Part shown: positions 27,400-36,823 of the stretch, piece after piece
Layout of the letters: every line of letters begins with the position of its first letter
How positions within the stretch are numbered: the first letter of the stretch is position 1
Virus record (IMG/VR): IMGVR_UViG_3300025626_000015
Location: 1 to 64,000 of that record
DNA: 64,000 nt
Source: a virus
Direction: 5' to 3' (one strand)
Program-made: the position numbers and the translations under genes
Notes under the pieces: generated by a model
Database searches by the model: none
The model's input: only the letters and a program-made list of their open reading frames with translations
What the model was told of the DNA's origin: nothing

Positions 27400-30300
27400 A
27401 TGTTAAAACAATATTCAAATATTGATCAAATATTAAATTCAAAAGAATCTTTATCTGCAAAACGATTACCTAATGTAGATTATGAATTATTAGATTATCC
27501 AGACTATCGTATAAGTTACGCTCCTGTATTAAATACAACTAGTAATCAAAAAACAGAATTTCATATATATTCAAATAATTCATGGATAACAGGAAATCAT
27601 TCAATACAATCTAATAATATATCTCCTCAAATTCCAAATGTTACATTTCCTATACCAGTATTAGATATAAATTTATATCATGAATTTGAATCATTAGGAA
27701 TTACTGGAGGTAATTTTAGGATTGTTTTAAACTTTTTTGAAAATTTAATTGGAAGTTATGATAATCAATATCTAAAAGTATCAGAAATATCTCCGGACCG
27801 TACTGAAATAAAGTTATCATTAATTGATAATACAAATCAATCAGCATTAACTCAGTTAGTTAATTTTATTGACGATGTAAATCAGACACAATTAAATGAT
27901 AATATAATTAATCCAAATGTAACAGAAACATATTTATTAAACTTTAGTCAGAATAATTGTATACAATTTGTTAATAGTGTTGTAGTTGGATCTAATTTAT
28001 ATGTAAAATTATTAAAACCATTACCAGTTGATATTGATTTAAAATTCAAATGTTGGGTAGTACAAGAAAAAAAATTACCATATATTGATACTGTTGAAAT
28101 AACACCAGAATCATTATTATCAACATTGACAACATTATCTGGTCCTAATTGGCAAGCAAATACAAATGCAGCAAATATTTCTACTGAAACAGATTTAAAA
28201 TCATGGAATGATTTATTAGGATCATCAATTCAAACATCTCAACAAATAATTGATTCATATTTTTCTGGATCATTATCTGGAATTGATTTAAATATAGATT
28301 ATTCTGATTTTAATAATTTTATTTTTTATAGTTCTGCAGCAGAACGATTAGCTAATTTCAGATACAAATTAGGATTAATTGAAACATATACATCACAATC
28401 TGTAGTTATTTCAAATATTAACAGTGCTGTTAGCACAACTAATGCTAATGATTATACTCAATTAAAAACAAATTTAATTTCTGGATTTGATGAGTTTGAA
28501 AATTATCTTTACTATGAGTCATCGTCATTATTATTCACTCATGATCAATATAATTCATATGATGTAACTGTTTCAGAATTAACAGGGAGTTATGTACAAC
28601 CAGCTCCAAAAAATAATTCTACTAAACCATATTCATTAATGTCTGTTACTAGTAGTAATTTTATTACATGGTATGATTCATTATATACATCAGCTAGTTT
28701 ATATGATAGTTTTAATACAAATATATTAACCAATGGTATTCCGGAATTTATAAGATTTGATTCTGATAACTCTGATATGAGTGTATTTGTTAATATGTTA
28801 GGTCATCATTTTGATATTTTATATACATATATTAGATATCTATCAAAAATATATGATAGAGATGAACATCCAAAAAGAGGAGTTCCAAATCAACTATTAT
28901 ATAATGTAGCAAAACAATTTGGATGGAATTTATCAGAAGGAAGTCAAGGATCTGATTTATGGGAATATTTATTTGGAACTAATGAACAAGGAATTCCAAT
29001 AACAGGATCATTATCTGTTGGAGATCCTGCAGTTTCGAAACGAGATACAACATATAGTATATGGAGAAGAATTGTTAATAATTTACCATTATTATTGAAA
29101 TCAAAAGGAACTAAGCGTAGTATACGGGCTATGTTATCATGTTATGGAATACCACAATCGTTAATTTCGATTAATGAATACGGAGGCCCTAGAATTGAAA
29201 GAGCTCCTATATATGAAACACAAGAATTTAATTATGCATTAGATTTGATAAATAATGCTGCAGGGACAGTTACTGTAAATTATACAAAACCAATCCAGGC
29301 TGTAGAATTAAGATTCCGAACTGATAATGTACTCAAAAATCCTTCGGTACCATCTACCATGAATTTATTTTCAATTGGTGGAAACGATGTTACAATTGAT
29401 TTTAACAGCGGAACATTAGGTACTATTAGAGTTAATACGACTGCGTCTGGATTAATTGACTGTTTTGATGGAGAATATTTGAATACATTATTAAGATCTG
29501 GTTCAAATGGGTCATTGGAAATATTAGCACAAAAATCAAAATATGGAAAAATAATATCTACTGTATCAGCTTCGATAACTGGAAGTTTTCCGGATACTGG
29601 ACAATTGACTTTAGGTGGAACTACCGGAGGTTCTAGATTATACGGACAATTGCAAGAATTAAGATTTTGGAGTTCTAGTTTAAACATAGCACCATTTTCA
29701 AATCATACAAAAGCTCCTGGAGCGTATGATGGTAATGTCGACACATATGAAGAATTAGTAGCAAGATTTCCATTAAATGAAAAAGTTAATCATTCTGTAA
29801 CGTCTAGTTTACAAGGTGTTGAACCAAACTATTCTAGAATATCTGCTTCGTTTAATAGTTGGTCTACTGCTGAGCCATATAATTCTCAAGAAGAAACATA
29901 TTATTATGATGCTATTTCTGTAGGAAATGATACTTTAGATGATAATAAAATTAGATTAGAAGATAATAAATTAATAAGTACATTATCTCCGGATAGTAGA
30001 GCAGAACAAAGTCAATACGACAAAGCTCCTTTAGATTCAGCAAAGTTAGGAATATTTTATTCTCCGCAGACAATGATTAATGAAGATATTATTGCTCAAT
30101 TAGGATTTGTAGATTTAGAAGATTATATTGGAGATCCTGCAGATCAAGATTCTAGATCATATCCAGCTTTAGAAAAATTTTCTGAAACATATTGGAAAAA
30201 ATATTCAGATAAAAATAATATTAATGAATTTTTACGTATATTTAGTTTATTTGATTTATCATTCTTTTCACAAATTGAACAGTTATTACCAGCAAGAGTT

Positions 30301-31089
30301 GAAAAAATAACTGGATTATTAATACAACCAAATTTATTAGAACGAAGTAAAGATAGTACAAATACAGGATATATTGAAAAGTTTAATGAAACATATAATA
30401 CTACTTTAATTGTTTCAACTGATACAAAAAATATAACGTCATCATATCATGTTATCGATTCAGATTTAATTATAAACTCTGAAACTGCATCTGTTATAAG
30501 TGCAGAAAATATTGATAATTATACTGGATTTTTAACTAGTAGTACTTCATATACATCAACACCATATTCATATGATATAGTTTATCGTTATAATGGTGCA
30601 TGGGTAACAGGATCAACTCCATATTGGACTTCTGAAGCAACTCTTCCGACTATCACCGGATCAAGAATATCTGAAATATTTAAAACAATGATTAAATCTT
30701 CTAGTATTAGTATGGAAGGATATGGTTCTAGCACATATGGATCTTCTACATATGGTAGTGATGCAAGTTCTGGAGTTATAAGATATTTTAATTTAACTAG
30801 TTCATTTGCAGAAGTACAAGATTTTTTACCAATTGGAACTGAGAATCATAGATATAATGGATGTAAATTAATAGGTAAAGATTTTAATATAGAGCCATCT
30901 AGATTTACTGGAGATTTTAAAACAGTTGATGGCGGACCTGTAGTAGAATTCACAGATGTTAATTCAAATCAAATAACGATTAGTACTCCAAGTAATGAAG
31001 GTAATTTTGTAGTAGAAAAGATACGAGAAAGAAAACAACGAAAGAAAAAACGAAAATCTGGAGAAGAACCAGAAGAGTTTTTTAAGTAA
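27400..31089 (+). CDS. large baseplate/tail structural protein with LamG-like region
   Basis: LLKSKGTKRSIRAMLSCYG (gp7/P2 gpI-like wedge motif); YGQLQELRFWS (LamG-like). Confidence 0.65.
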   Translation: MLKQYSNIDQILNSKESLSAKRLPNVDYELLDYPDYRISYAPVLNTTSNQKTEFHIYSNNSWITGNHSIQSNNISPQIPNVTFPIPVLDINLYHEFESLGITGGNFRIVLNFFENLIGSYDNQYLKVSEISPDRTEIKLSLIDNTNQSALTQLVNFIDDVNQTQLNDNIINPNVTETYLLNFSQNNCIQFVNSVVVGSNLYVKLLKPLPVDIDLKFKCWVVQEKKLPYIDTVEITPESLLSTLTTLSGPNWQANTNAANISTETDLKSWNDLLGSSIQTSQQIIDSYFSGSLSGIDLNIDYSDFNNFIFYSSAAERLANFRYKLGLIETYTSQSVVISNINSAVSTTNANDYTQLKTNLISGFDEFENYLYYESSSLLFTHDQYNSYDVTVSELTGSYVQPAPKNNSTKPYSLMSVTSSNFITWYDSLYTSASLYDSFNTNILTNGIPEFIRFDSDNSDMSVFVNMLGHHFDILYTYIRYLSKIYDRDEHPKRGVPNQLLYNVAKQFGWNLSEGSQGSDLWEYLFGTNEQGIPITGSLSVGDPAVSKRDTTYSIWRRIVNNLPLLLKSKGTKRSIRAMLSCYGIPQSLISINEYGGPRIERAPIYETQEFNYALDLINNAAGTVTVNYTKPIQAVELRFRTDNVLKNPSVPSTMNLFSIGGNDVTIDFNSGTLGTIRVNTTASGLIDCFDGEYLNTLLRSGSNGSLEILAQKSKYGKIISTVSASITGSFPDTGQLTLGGTTGGSRLYGQLQELRFWSSSLNIAPFSNHTKAPGAYDGNVDTYEELVARFPLNEKVNHSVTSSLQGVEPNYSRISASFNSWSTAEPYNSQEETYYYDAISVGNDTLDDNKIRLEDNKLISTLSPDSRAEQSQYDKAPLDSAKLGIFYSPQTMINEDIIAQLGFVDLEDYIGDPADQDSRSYPALEKFSETYWKKYSDKNNINEFLRIFSLFDLSFFSQIEQLLPARVEKITGLLIQPNLLERSKDSTNTGYIEKFNETYNTTLIVSTDTKNITSSYHVIDSDLIINSETASVISAENIDNYTGFLTSSTSYTSTPYSYDIVYRYNGAWVTGSTPYWTSEATLPTITGSRISEIFKTMIKSSSISMEGYGSSTYGSSTYGSDASSGVIRYFNLTSSFAEVQDFLPIGTENHRYNGCKLIGKDFNIEPSRFTGDFKTVDGGPVVEFTDVNSNQITISTPSNEGNFVVEKIRERKQRKKKRKSGEEPEEFFK

Positions 31090-31143
31090 AAAATAACAAA
31101 AATTTTATATGATAATATTTATTAAAAATAAAAGGTACATACA

Positions 31144-31818
31144 ATGGGATATTTAAATAATAGTACAATTACAGTAGATGCTATTTTAACTAAAAAAGGA
31201 AGAGAGTTATTAGCAGCTGGTAGTTCTGACTTTAATATTACTCAGTTTGCATTAGGCGACGATGAAGTTGATTATGGATTATGGAATATTAATCATCCAT
31301 TAGGATCAAGTTACTATGGAGTATTGATAGAAAATATGCCATTAGTAGAAGCAATACCTGATGAAACTCAAGCATTAAAATATAAATTAGTTACATTACC
31401 AAAACAATCAACAAGAATACCAGTAATAACAGTTGGAAATCCTTCGATTACATTACAGTCGGCTGGAGATACTGCAGTTATAACTCCAAATACAAGTAAT
31501 TTTGCTTCTGGAAATTCGACTTTTGGATATACTGCTATTTTAGCAGATAATACAATTGCAGACATTAGCGTTGTTCAACCATTAGCTAATCCAGGTACGT
31601 TACCAACTACCCCAACATTAATTGGTAATAGCACAGACGCACAAAGTGTTGCAGTAGCAGGATTTGCATTTCAAATTACTGCAAAGAATTTATTAGAAGA
31701 TAAAACAACGACAGTTAGTATTATCGCAAATGAAACTGGTGGAAGTACTACAGTTAATGTAACTGTTAATAAACAAACAATTGCTAGCAATGTAGCAACT
31801 AGTAATGTTAGTTTTTAA
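31144..31818 (+). CDS. virion structural protein
   Basis: DAILTKKGRELLA...ITQFALGDDEVDY, similar to tail-collar/fibre N-termini. Confidence 0.6.
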   Translation: MGYLNNSTITVDAILTKKGRELLAAGSSDFNITQFALGDDEVDYGLWNINHPLGSSYYGVLIENMPLVEAIPDETQALKYKLVTLPKQSTRIPVITVGNPSITLQSAGDTAVITPNTSNFASGNSTFGYTAILADNTIADISVVQPLANPGTLPTTPTLIGNSTDAQSVAVAGFAFQITAKNLLEDKTTTVSIIANETGGSTTVNVTVNKQTIASNVATSNVSF

Positions 31819-31835
31819 AACATAGAGTTAAAAAA

Positions 31836-33017
31836 ATGAAAATAATTGAAAATTTAAAAAAATTACCAAATCAAAAACAAACTGCAGAAAATGCGCCACA
31901 AGGAATACAACCAGCAGCCGGACCACCTGCTACAACTACGGTTAATGTTTCTGGGCAGACATATTCTAGATTTAATACTAGTGAAGATGTTGTAAATCAA
32001 CAAAAAGAATTAGTAACAGCTGGATTATGGAGTGGAGGCACTGGTACATTAACTACATTTTTTACATCTTCTGTACAAACAGTATCACAAAAAAGACATT
32101 ATATCGATGTTTTAAACGCAGCACCGGATGTTGAAACTAGAGCAACTCAATTTGCGTTAGCATTTGGTCACGCAGAAGGAAGTGGATCTTCTAAATTAGG
32201 AACTTTGGAAAGTCCTTCATCTCAAGCAGTATATTCTCAATACAAACAACTATTATTAAATAAAACATCTAATAGGTTTGTTACAGCTGGATCAGGTAGT
32301 ACTGATTATATTTATGCTGTAAATATTGAAAGAGCTAGACAAAAAGAAAATATAGATTTTGGTAATTGGGAAATTCCATTACAAAATGTAACAGCACATA
32401 GTTCAAATGCATCTGGTAGTGTTACAGTTGGAACATCTAGAATTACATTAATAGATGATTCATCTATTATTCCAGGCGGAACGACTACAGAATCTGGAGT
32501 TGTATATAATATAGTATCAGGAAGTGTTGATAATGGAGTACATAACTCAACAAATCCTGTTTATTATGGATTATTTTATCCATTGCATGGAGTAATGATT
32601 TTAGACGGAAAAATGTTAGATCAACAATTAGGATTTCAAACTAATTTATCTGCATCAAATTCTGCTACTGCCGAAGGAAATAATCATTTTTTATTATTTA
32701 ACTCAATATCAGGATCAGCTGCTGCTGCTGGTGGAAATGTTGGATTTGAAGCAAGAAATGAGCAAGAAATTACAAGTACTCATTATTTTGTAAGAGTTAA
32801 AAATGGAAGTTTTAATTTTTCAAATAATCCATCTTTCGTAACTGGATCTGCAGGAGATTTAAAAAATTCATCATTTGTTGGAAATCCAAAGTCGTATATA
32901 ACAACGGTTGGATTATATAATGATTCAAATCAATTATTAGCTGTAGCTAAATTAAGTAAGCCGTTATTAAAATCATTTTCTAGAGAAGCGTTATTACGTG
33001 TGAAATTAGATTTTTAA
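31836..33017 (+). CDS. virion structural protein
   Basis: C-terminal YITTVGLYND..QLLAVAKLSKP. Confidence 0.6.
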   Translation: MKIIENLKKLPNQKQTAENAPQGIQPAAGPPATTTVNVSGQTYSRFNTSEDVVNQQKELVTAGLWSGGTGTLTTFFTSSVQTVSQKRHYIDVLNAAPDVETRATQFALAFGHAEGSGSSKLGTLESPSSQAVYSQYKQLLLNKTSNRFVTAGSGSTDYIYAVNIERARQKENIDFGNWEIPLQNVTAHSSNASGSVTVGTSRITLIDDSSIIPGGTTTESGVVYNIVSGSVDNGVHNSTNPVYYGLFYPLHGVMILDGKMLDQQLGFQTNLSASNSATAEGNNHFLLFNSISGSAAAAGGNVGFEARNEQEITSTHYFVRVKNGSFNFSNNPSFVTGSAGDLKNSSFVGNPKSYITTVGLYNDSNQLLAVAKLSKPLLKSFSREALLRVKLDF

Positions 33018-33037
33018 AAAACATCATTGAATTTAAG

Positions 33038-33073
33038 CCCGTTATATTTATATTAAAGATATAACGGGTTTTT
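33038..33073 (+). terminator. intrinsic terminator overlapping a late-promoter motif
   Basis: CCCGTTATAT / ATATAACGGG 10-bp stem followed by TTTTT. Confidence 0.7.
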
Positions 33074-33079
33074 ACTAGT

Positions 33080-34672
33080 ATGAGCAATCAAAATTCAGAC
33101 ATAACTACATATTACGGTGCCCCACCTACAGTATTAAAAAAGATCGATCCAACTGATTATAAAGTTAATCTATTTGAAGCTAATAAAACTTTTTCATTTA
33201 CATCTGCTTCTGCTGAATCTAATAATTTTTTACCATTATTAGGAATTTATCAAAAAATATTGCCAAATGTTTCAGCTTCATCATTTACATCTCCATTAAA
33301 TTCAGATGGATCCTATCAATTTCAAACATATTATTCGATTAATCATTTATTCTATCAATATAAAAATGAACCTACAAAAACGTATGGTCCAACTGATTTA
33401 AACAAAATATCAAAATTTTTATATCAATCTGCATCTGTTTTTAGTATACCACAAATTAAATTTGGAGAAGGAATAAAACCTGATTCATTTACTTATGTTT
33501 CTAGTTCTGGATTAACATTAAATTCAGATCGATTTGGTAATATATTTGATACCTCAATTAATACTGGATCGTTTCCTTTAAATGAAATATTTTATGAAGG
33601 ATTCAATGAATATTTTGATTTAACAAAAATTTCATATACAAATTATAATAATTTAAAATTTGAAAATGGTGTATCTACAACTACGGGTCAACAATTACCA
33701 ATTGGATTATCAGCTAGATTTACAGGATCTAGTTATATTGAAACAAATTTAAATGGATATTATGATAGAGATCATGATTATTCTATATCATTTTATATAA
33801 AACCAAATTCTTCACAATTTGGAAATGGACAATTAATATTAGGTAAAACAACAATTGTTAGTAGTCAACAATATCCATTTAAAATCGAATTATCAGGATC
33901 TGGTAATTTAAAATTTACAACACAAGGATCTGAAAATTTAATTGCATCTATAACTTCGTCTGTTATTAGTACAAGTGATTGGAGTCATGTTATATGTCAA
34001 AAAACTGGAAGTAATTTAGAATTATTTACAAACACGGTAAAAAATAGTTCTGGGAGTTTTAATTTTATAAATACCCCTATTGATATATTAACTACATCGT
34101 CTGTTTATATTAATAATGACAATAACTTGTCAATTGGCGGATATCAAGTTGATAATTCCATAGGAGATTCTAAATATTTAAATGCTGATCTAGATGAAAT
34201 TAGAATTTATAATAAATCATTAACACAAGATCAAGTAAATTCATTAGGTAATCGAACAGAAGTTTCAAAACAAATATTACAAACAAATCGTGTTGGTAAT
34301 GTATTTGATAAATCTGGATTTTTTATAATTTCTAGTCCTAATTATCGATATAAAGACTTAATTAATTCAGATTATACTATAACATATAAAAGTACTGTTA
34401 GAAGATATGAACATTCTGTATTTTTAACAATAGATCAAGGCGATTTTAATGCAACTTTAAATCCAACTACTTTATTAGATGATAATATTAATATGAAATC
34501 ATTTGCTACTAGTAGTTTATTTAATCCATATATAACTACTATAGGATTGTATAATGATAAAGGACAGTTGTTAATGATTGGTAAAACTGGTACTCCTATA
34601 AAAAATAGAAATGACATTGATTTAAACTTTCAATTGAAAATAGATTTAGATAAACCTCGAGGAATTTTATAA
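33080..34672 (+). CDS. LamG-domain virion protein
   Basis: YSISFYIK, WSHVI, DLDEIRIYNKSLT; C-terminus paralogous to 31836. Confidence 0.7.
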   Translation: MSNQNSDITTYYGAPPTVLKKIDPTDYKVNLFEANKTFSFTSASAESNNFLPLLGIYQKILPNVSASSFTSPLNSDGSYQFQTYYSINHLFYQYKNEPTKTYGPTDLNKISKFLYQSASVFSIPQIKFGEGIKPDSFTYVSSSGLTLNSDRFGNIFDTSINTGSFPLNEIFYEGFNEYFDLTKISYTNYNNLKFENGVSTTTGQQLPIGLSARFTGSSYIETNLNGYYDRDHDYSISFYIKPNSSQFGNGQLILGKTTIVSSQQYPFKIELSGSGNLKFTTQGSENLIASITSSVISTSDWSHVICQKTGSNLELFTNTVKNSSGSFNFINTPIDILTTSSVYINNDNNLSIGGYQVDNSIGDSKYLNADLDEIRIYNKSLTQDQVNSLGNRTEVSKQILQTNRVGNVFDKSGFFIISSPNYRYKDLINSDYTITYKSTVRRYEHSVFLTIDQGDFNATLNPTTLLDDNINMKSFATSSLFNPYITTIGLYNDKGQLLMIGKTGTPIKNRNDIDLNFQLKIDLDKPRGIL

Positions 34673-35217
34673 TGTTAAAATTAAAAAATATATTAAATGA
34701 AATTTCAGAAGACGAAGCTACACGTTTATTAAGTAAAATTAAAAATAAAGAATTAACATTCCTAGGTAGTGGAGATAATGGAAAGGTATATTCTATTAAT
34801 GGCGAAGATTTATTATTTAAGATTACAACTGAACCGGAAGAATTAGCAATTGCTGATGTTATTGTAGGAAGACCAAATGAATTTGATGCATTTATACCAG
34901 TATATTATTCTGACTCACAAAAACGTATGTATATAATGAATCGAGCTAGTGAATTACCTAATAATTTAAAATCAGAATTAGATAGATATTATGAAGATTA
35001 TAAAGAATTTGCTAGAAGTCAAGGTTTAGAAACTAGTATATTTGATTATTTAAATACAGAAGCTTCTAGAAAATATAATCCTAGGATTATTACATTTTTA
35101 CGAGCATTAGAACAACAAGTTAAAAAAACCGGAATAGGCGACATAGAATACTCGTTAGATTTCAGGCCTGAAAATATTATGTCTTGGAATGGTAATCTAG
35201 TTATGATAGACTGGTAA
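34672..35217 (+). CDS. leader-bearing protein-kinase-like enzyme
   Basis: MLKLKNILNE; LGSGDNGKVY, LFKIT..E, DFRPENIM, VMIDW. Confidence 0.75.
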   Translation: MLKLKNILNEISEDEATRLLSKIKNKELTFLGSGDNGKVYSINGEDLLFKITTEPEELAIADVIVGRPNEFDAFIPVYYSDSQKRMYIMNRASELPNNLKSELDRYYEDYKEFARSQGLETSIFDYLNTEASRKYNPRIITFLRALEQQVKKTGIGDIEYSLDFRPENIMSWNGNLVMIDW

Positions 35218-35226
35218 AGGAAAGTT

Positions 35227-35715
35227 ATGAAGAATCATTGGCACTCTAATAATAAACAACGCCAAGCAGCGTATAAATATGGATATCGTTCTGGATTAGA
35301 ACTAAAGGTTGCAGATCAAATTAAAGAAGCAAAATATCCTGTAAATTATGAAACTGAAACATTAAAATATATTGTTCCGCAAAAAAATTCAAAATATACA
35401 CCAGATTTTATTTTTACTAAAAAAGATGGTAAAACGATGTATATTGAAACAAAAGGACGTTGGACTAGTACTGATAGACAAAAAATGAAAAATATATTAG
35501 CTTCAAATCCAGATATTGATTTAAGAATAATATTTCAAAATCCTAATCAAAAAATTTCAAAAGGATCTAAAACAACATATGAAGCATATGCTATGAAAAT
35601 TGGTATCGTATATGTTGCAAAAAAAGATATACCATTAGAATGGTTAAATGAGTGTTGTAAAATAGATGAAGCACCAAAAAAAATAAAAATTTTAAATGAT
35701 TGGTTGGATAATTGA
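35227..35715 (+). CDS. endonuclease I (T7 gp3-like Holliday junction resolvase)
   Basis: YRSGLE, YTPDF, IETKGRW..DR.KM. Confidence 0.88.
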   Translation: MKNHWHSNNKQRQAAYKYGYRSGLELKVADQIKEAKYPVNYETETLKYIVPQKNSKYTPDFIFTKKDGKTMYIETKGRWTSTDRQKMKNILASNPDIDLRIIFQNPNQKISKGSKTTYEAYAMKIGIVYVAKKDIPLEWLNECCKIDEAPKKIKILNDWLDN

Positions 35716-35845
35716 AAAATAATCATTATTTTCTTTATGTAAGTTAATAAAAGATGAAATCGTTTAATATAATGTATATTATTAAATGATGATTCGTTAG
35801 ACCGATTATATTGTGTCTAACCTATATAATATAATAACCAATCCT

Positions 35846-35874
35846 TTTGATCTTTCAGTAAATTTTATTATAAT
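35846..35874 (+). promoter_or_regulatory. sigma70-like promoter of the primase operon
   Basis: TTTGAT-17 bp-TATAAT, 7 nt before ATG 35882. Confidence 0.65.
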
Positions 35875-35881
35875 AAATTAT

Positions 35882-36823
35882 ATGAAGAACCTAAAATTAC
35901 TTCAATTATTAGAATCTGTATTAGGTAAAGGTAAACAAACTTCTGGAAATAATATTGCATTTTTTTCACCATTTGTATCTCATTATAAACCTAAATTAGA
36001 AATTGACTTAAATACAACATCTGAAGGACAAAATGCATGGCATTGTTGGATATCTGATAAAAAAGGTAGATCTATACATTCGTTATTTAAACAGTTAAAA
36101 TTATCAAAAGAAAAATTTGATAAACTTAGTCGTATAATAGAAGTAACTAAATATAGAAATAATTCTGTAGAAAAAATTGAATATTCATTAGAATTACCAA
36201 CTGAATATCAACCATTATGGATAAAAAAGAATACTCCAGATTATCGTAATGCAATACATTATTTAAAAAATCGTGGAATAAATATATTTGATATTATACG
36301 ATATAGAATAGGATATGCTGATGCTGGTCAATATTCTGGAAAAATAATAATTCCTAGTTATGATATAAATGGTCAATTGAATTATTTTGTTTCTCGAGCA
36401 TATTATATAAATGATCCTCATAAACATAAAAATCCTCAAATATCAAAAGACATAATTGGTTTTGAAATGTTAATTAATTGGAATGAGCCAATTGTATTAT
36501 GTGAAGGGGCCTTTGATGCTATTACAATTAAAAGAAACGCTATACCATTATTTGGAAAACTTATACAACCTACACTTCAAAAGAAAATTATACAAGAGCA
36601 TGTAACTGATATATACATATGTTTAGATCCAGACGCTATAACAAATGCAATTAATATTGCAGAAAAATTTATGGCCGAAGGATTAAATGTTTATTTTATC
36701 GAATTAAATGACTTAGACCCTAATGAATTAGGATATAAAAAAATTACAGAACAAATTCAAGACACATATAAATTCTCTTTCGAACGAATGATGGAATTAA
36801 AAATGAATACATTATGGAAATAA
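35882..36823 (+). CDS. DNA primase (DnaG-type TOPRIM)
   Basis: YLKNRGI, IIIPSY, YFVSR, LCEGAFDA, CLDPDA. Confidence 0.88.
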   Translation: MKNLKLLQLLESVLGKGKQTSGNNIAFFSPFVSHYKPKLEIDLNTTSEGQNAWHCWISDKKGRSIHSLFKQLKLSKEKFDKLSRIIEVTKYRNNSVEKIEYSLELPTEYQPLWIKKNTPDYRNAIHYLKNRGINIFDIIRYRIGYADAGQYSGKIIIPSYDINGQLNYFVSRAYYINDPHKHKNPQISKDIIGFEMLINWNEPIVLCEGAFDAITIKRNAIPLFGKLIQPTLQKKIIQEHVTDIYICLDPDAITNAINIAEKFMAEGLNVYFIELNDLDPNELGYKKITEQIQDTYKFSFERMMELKMNTLWK

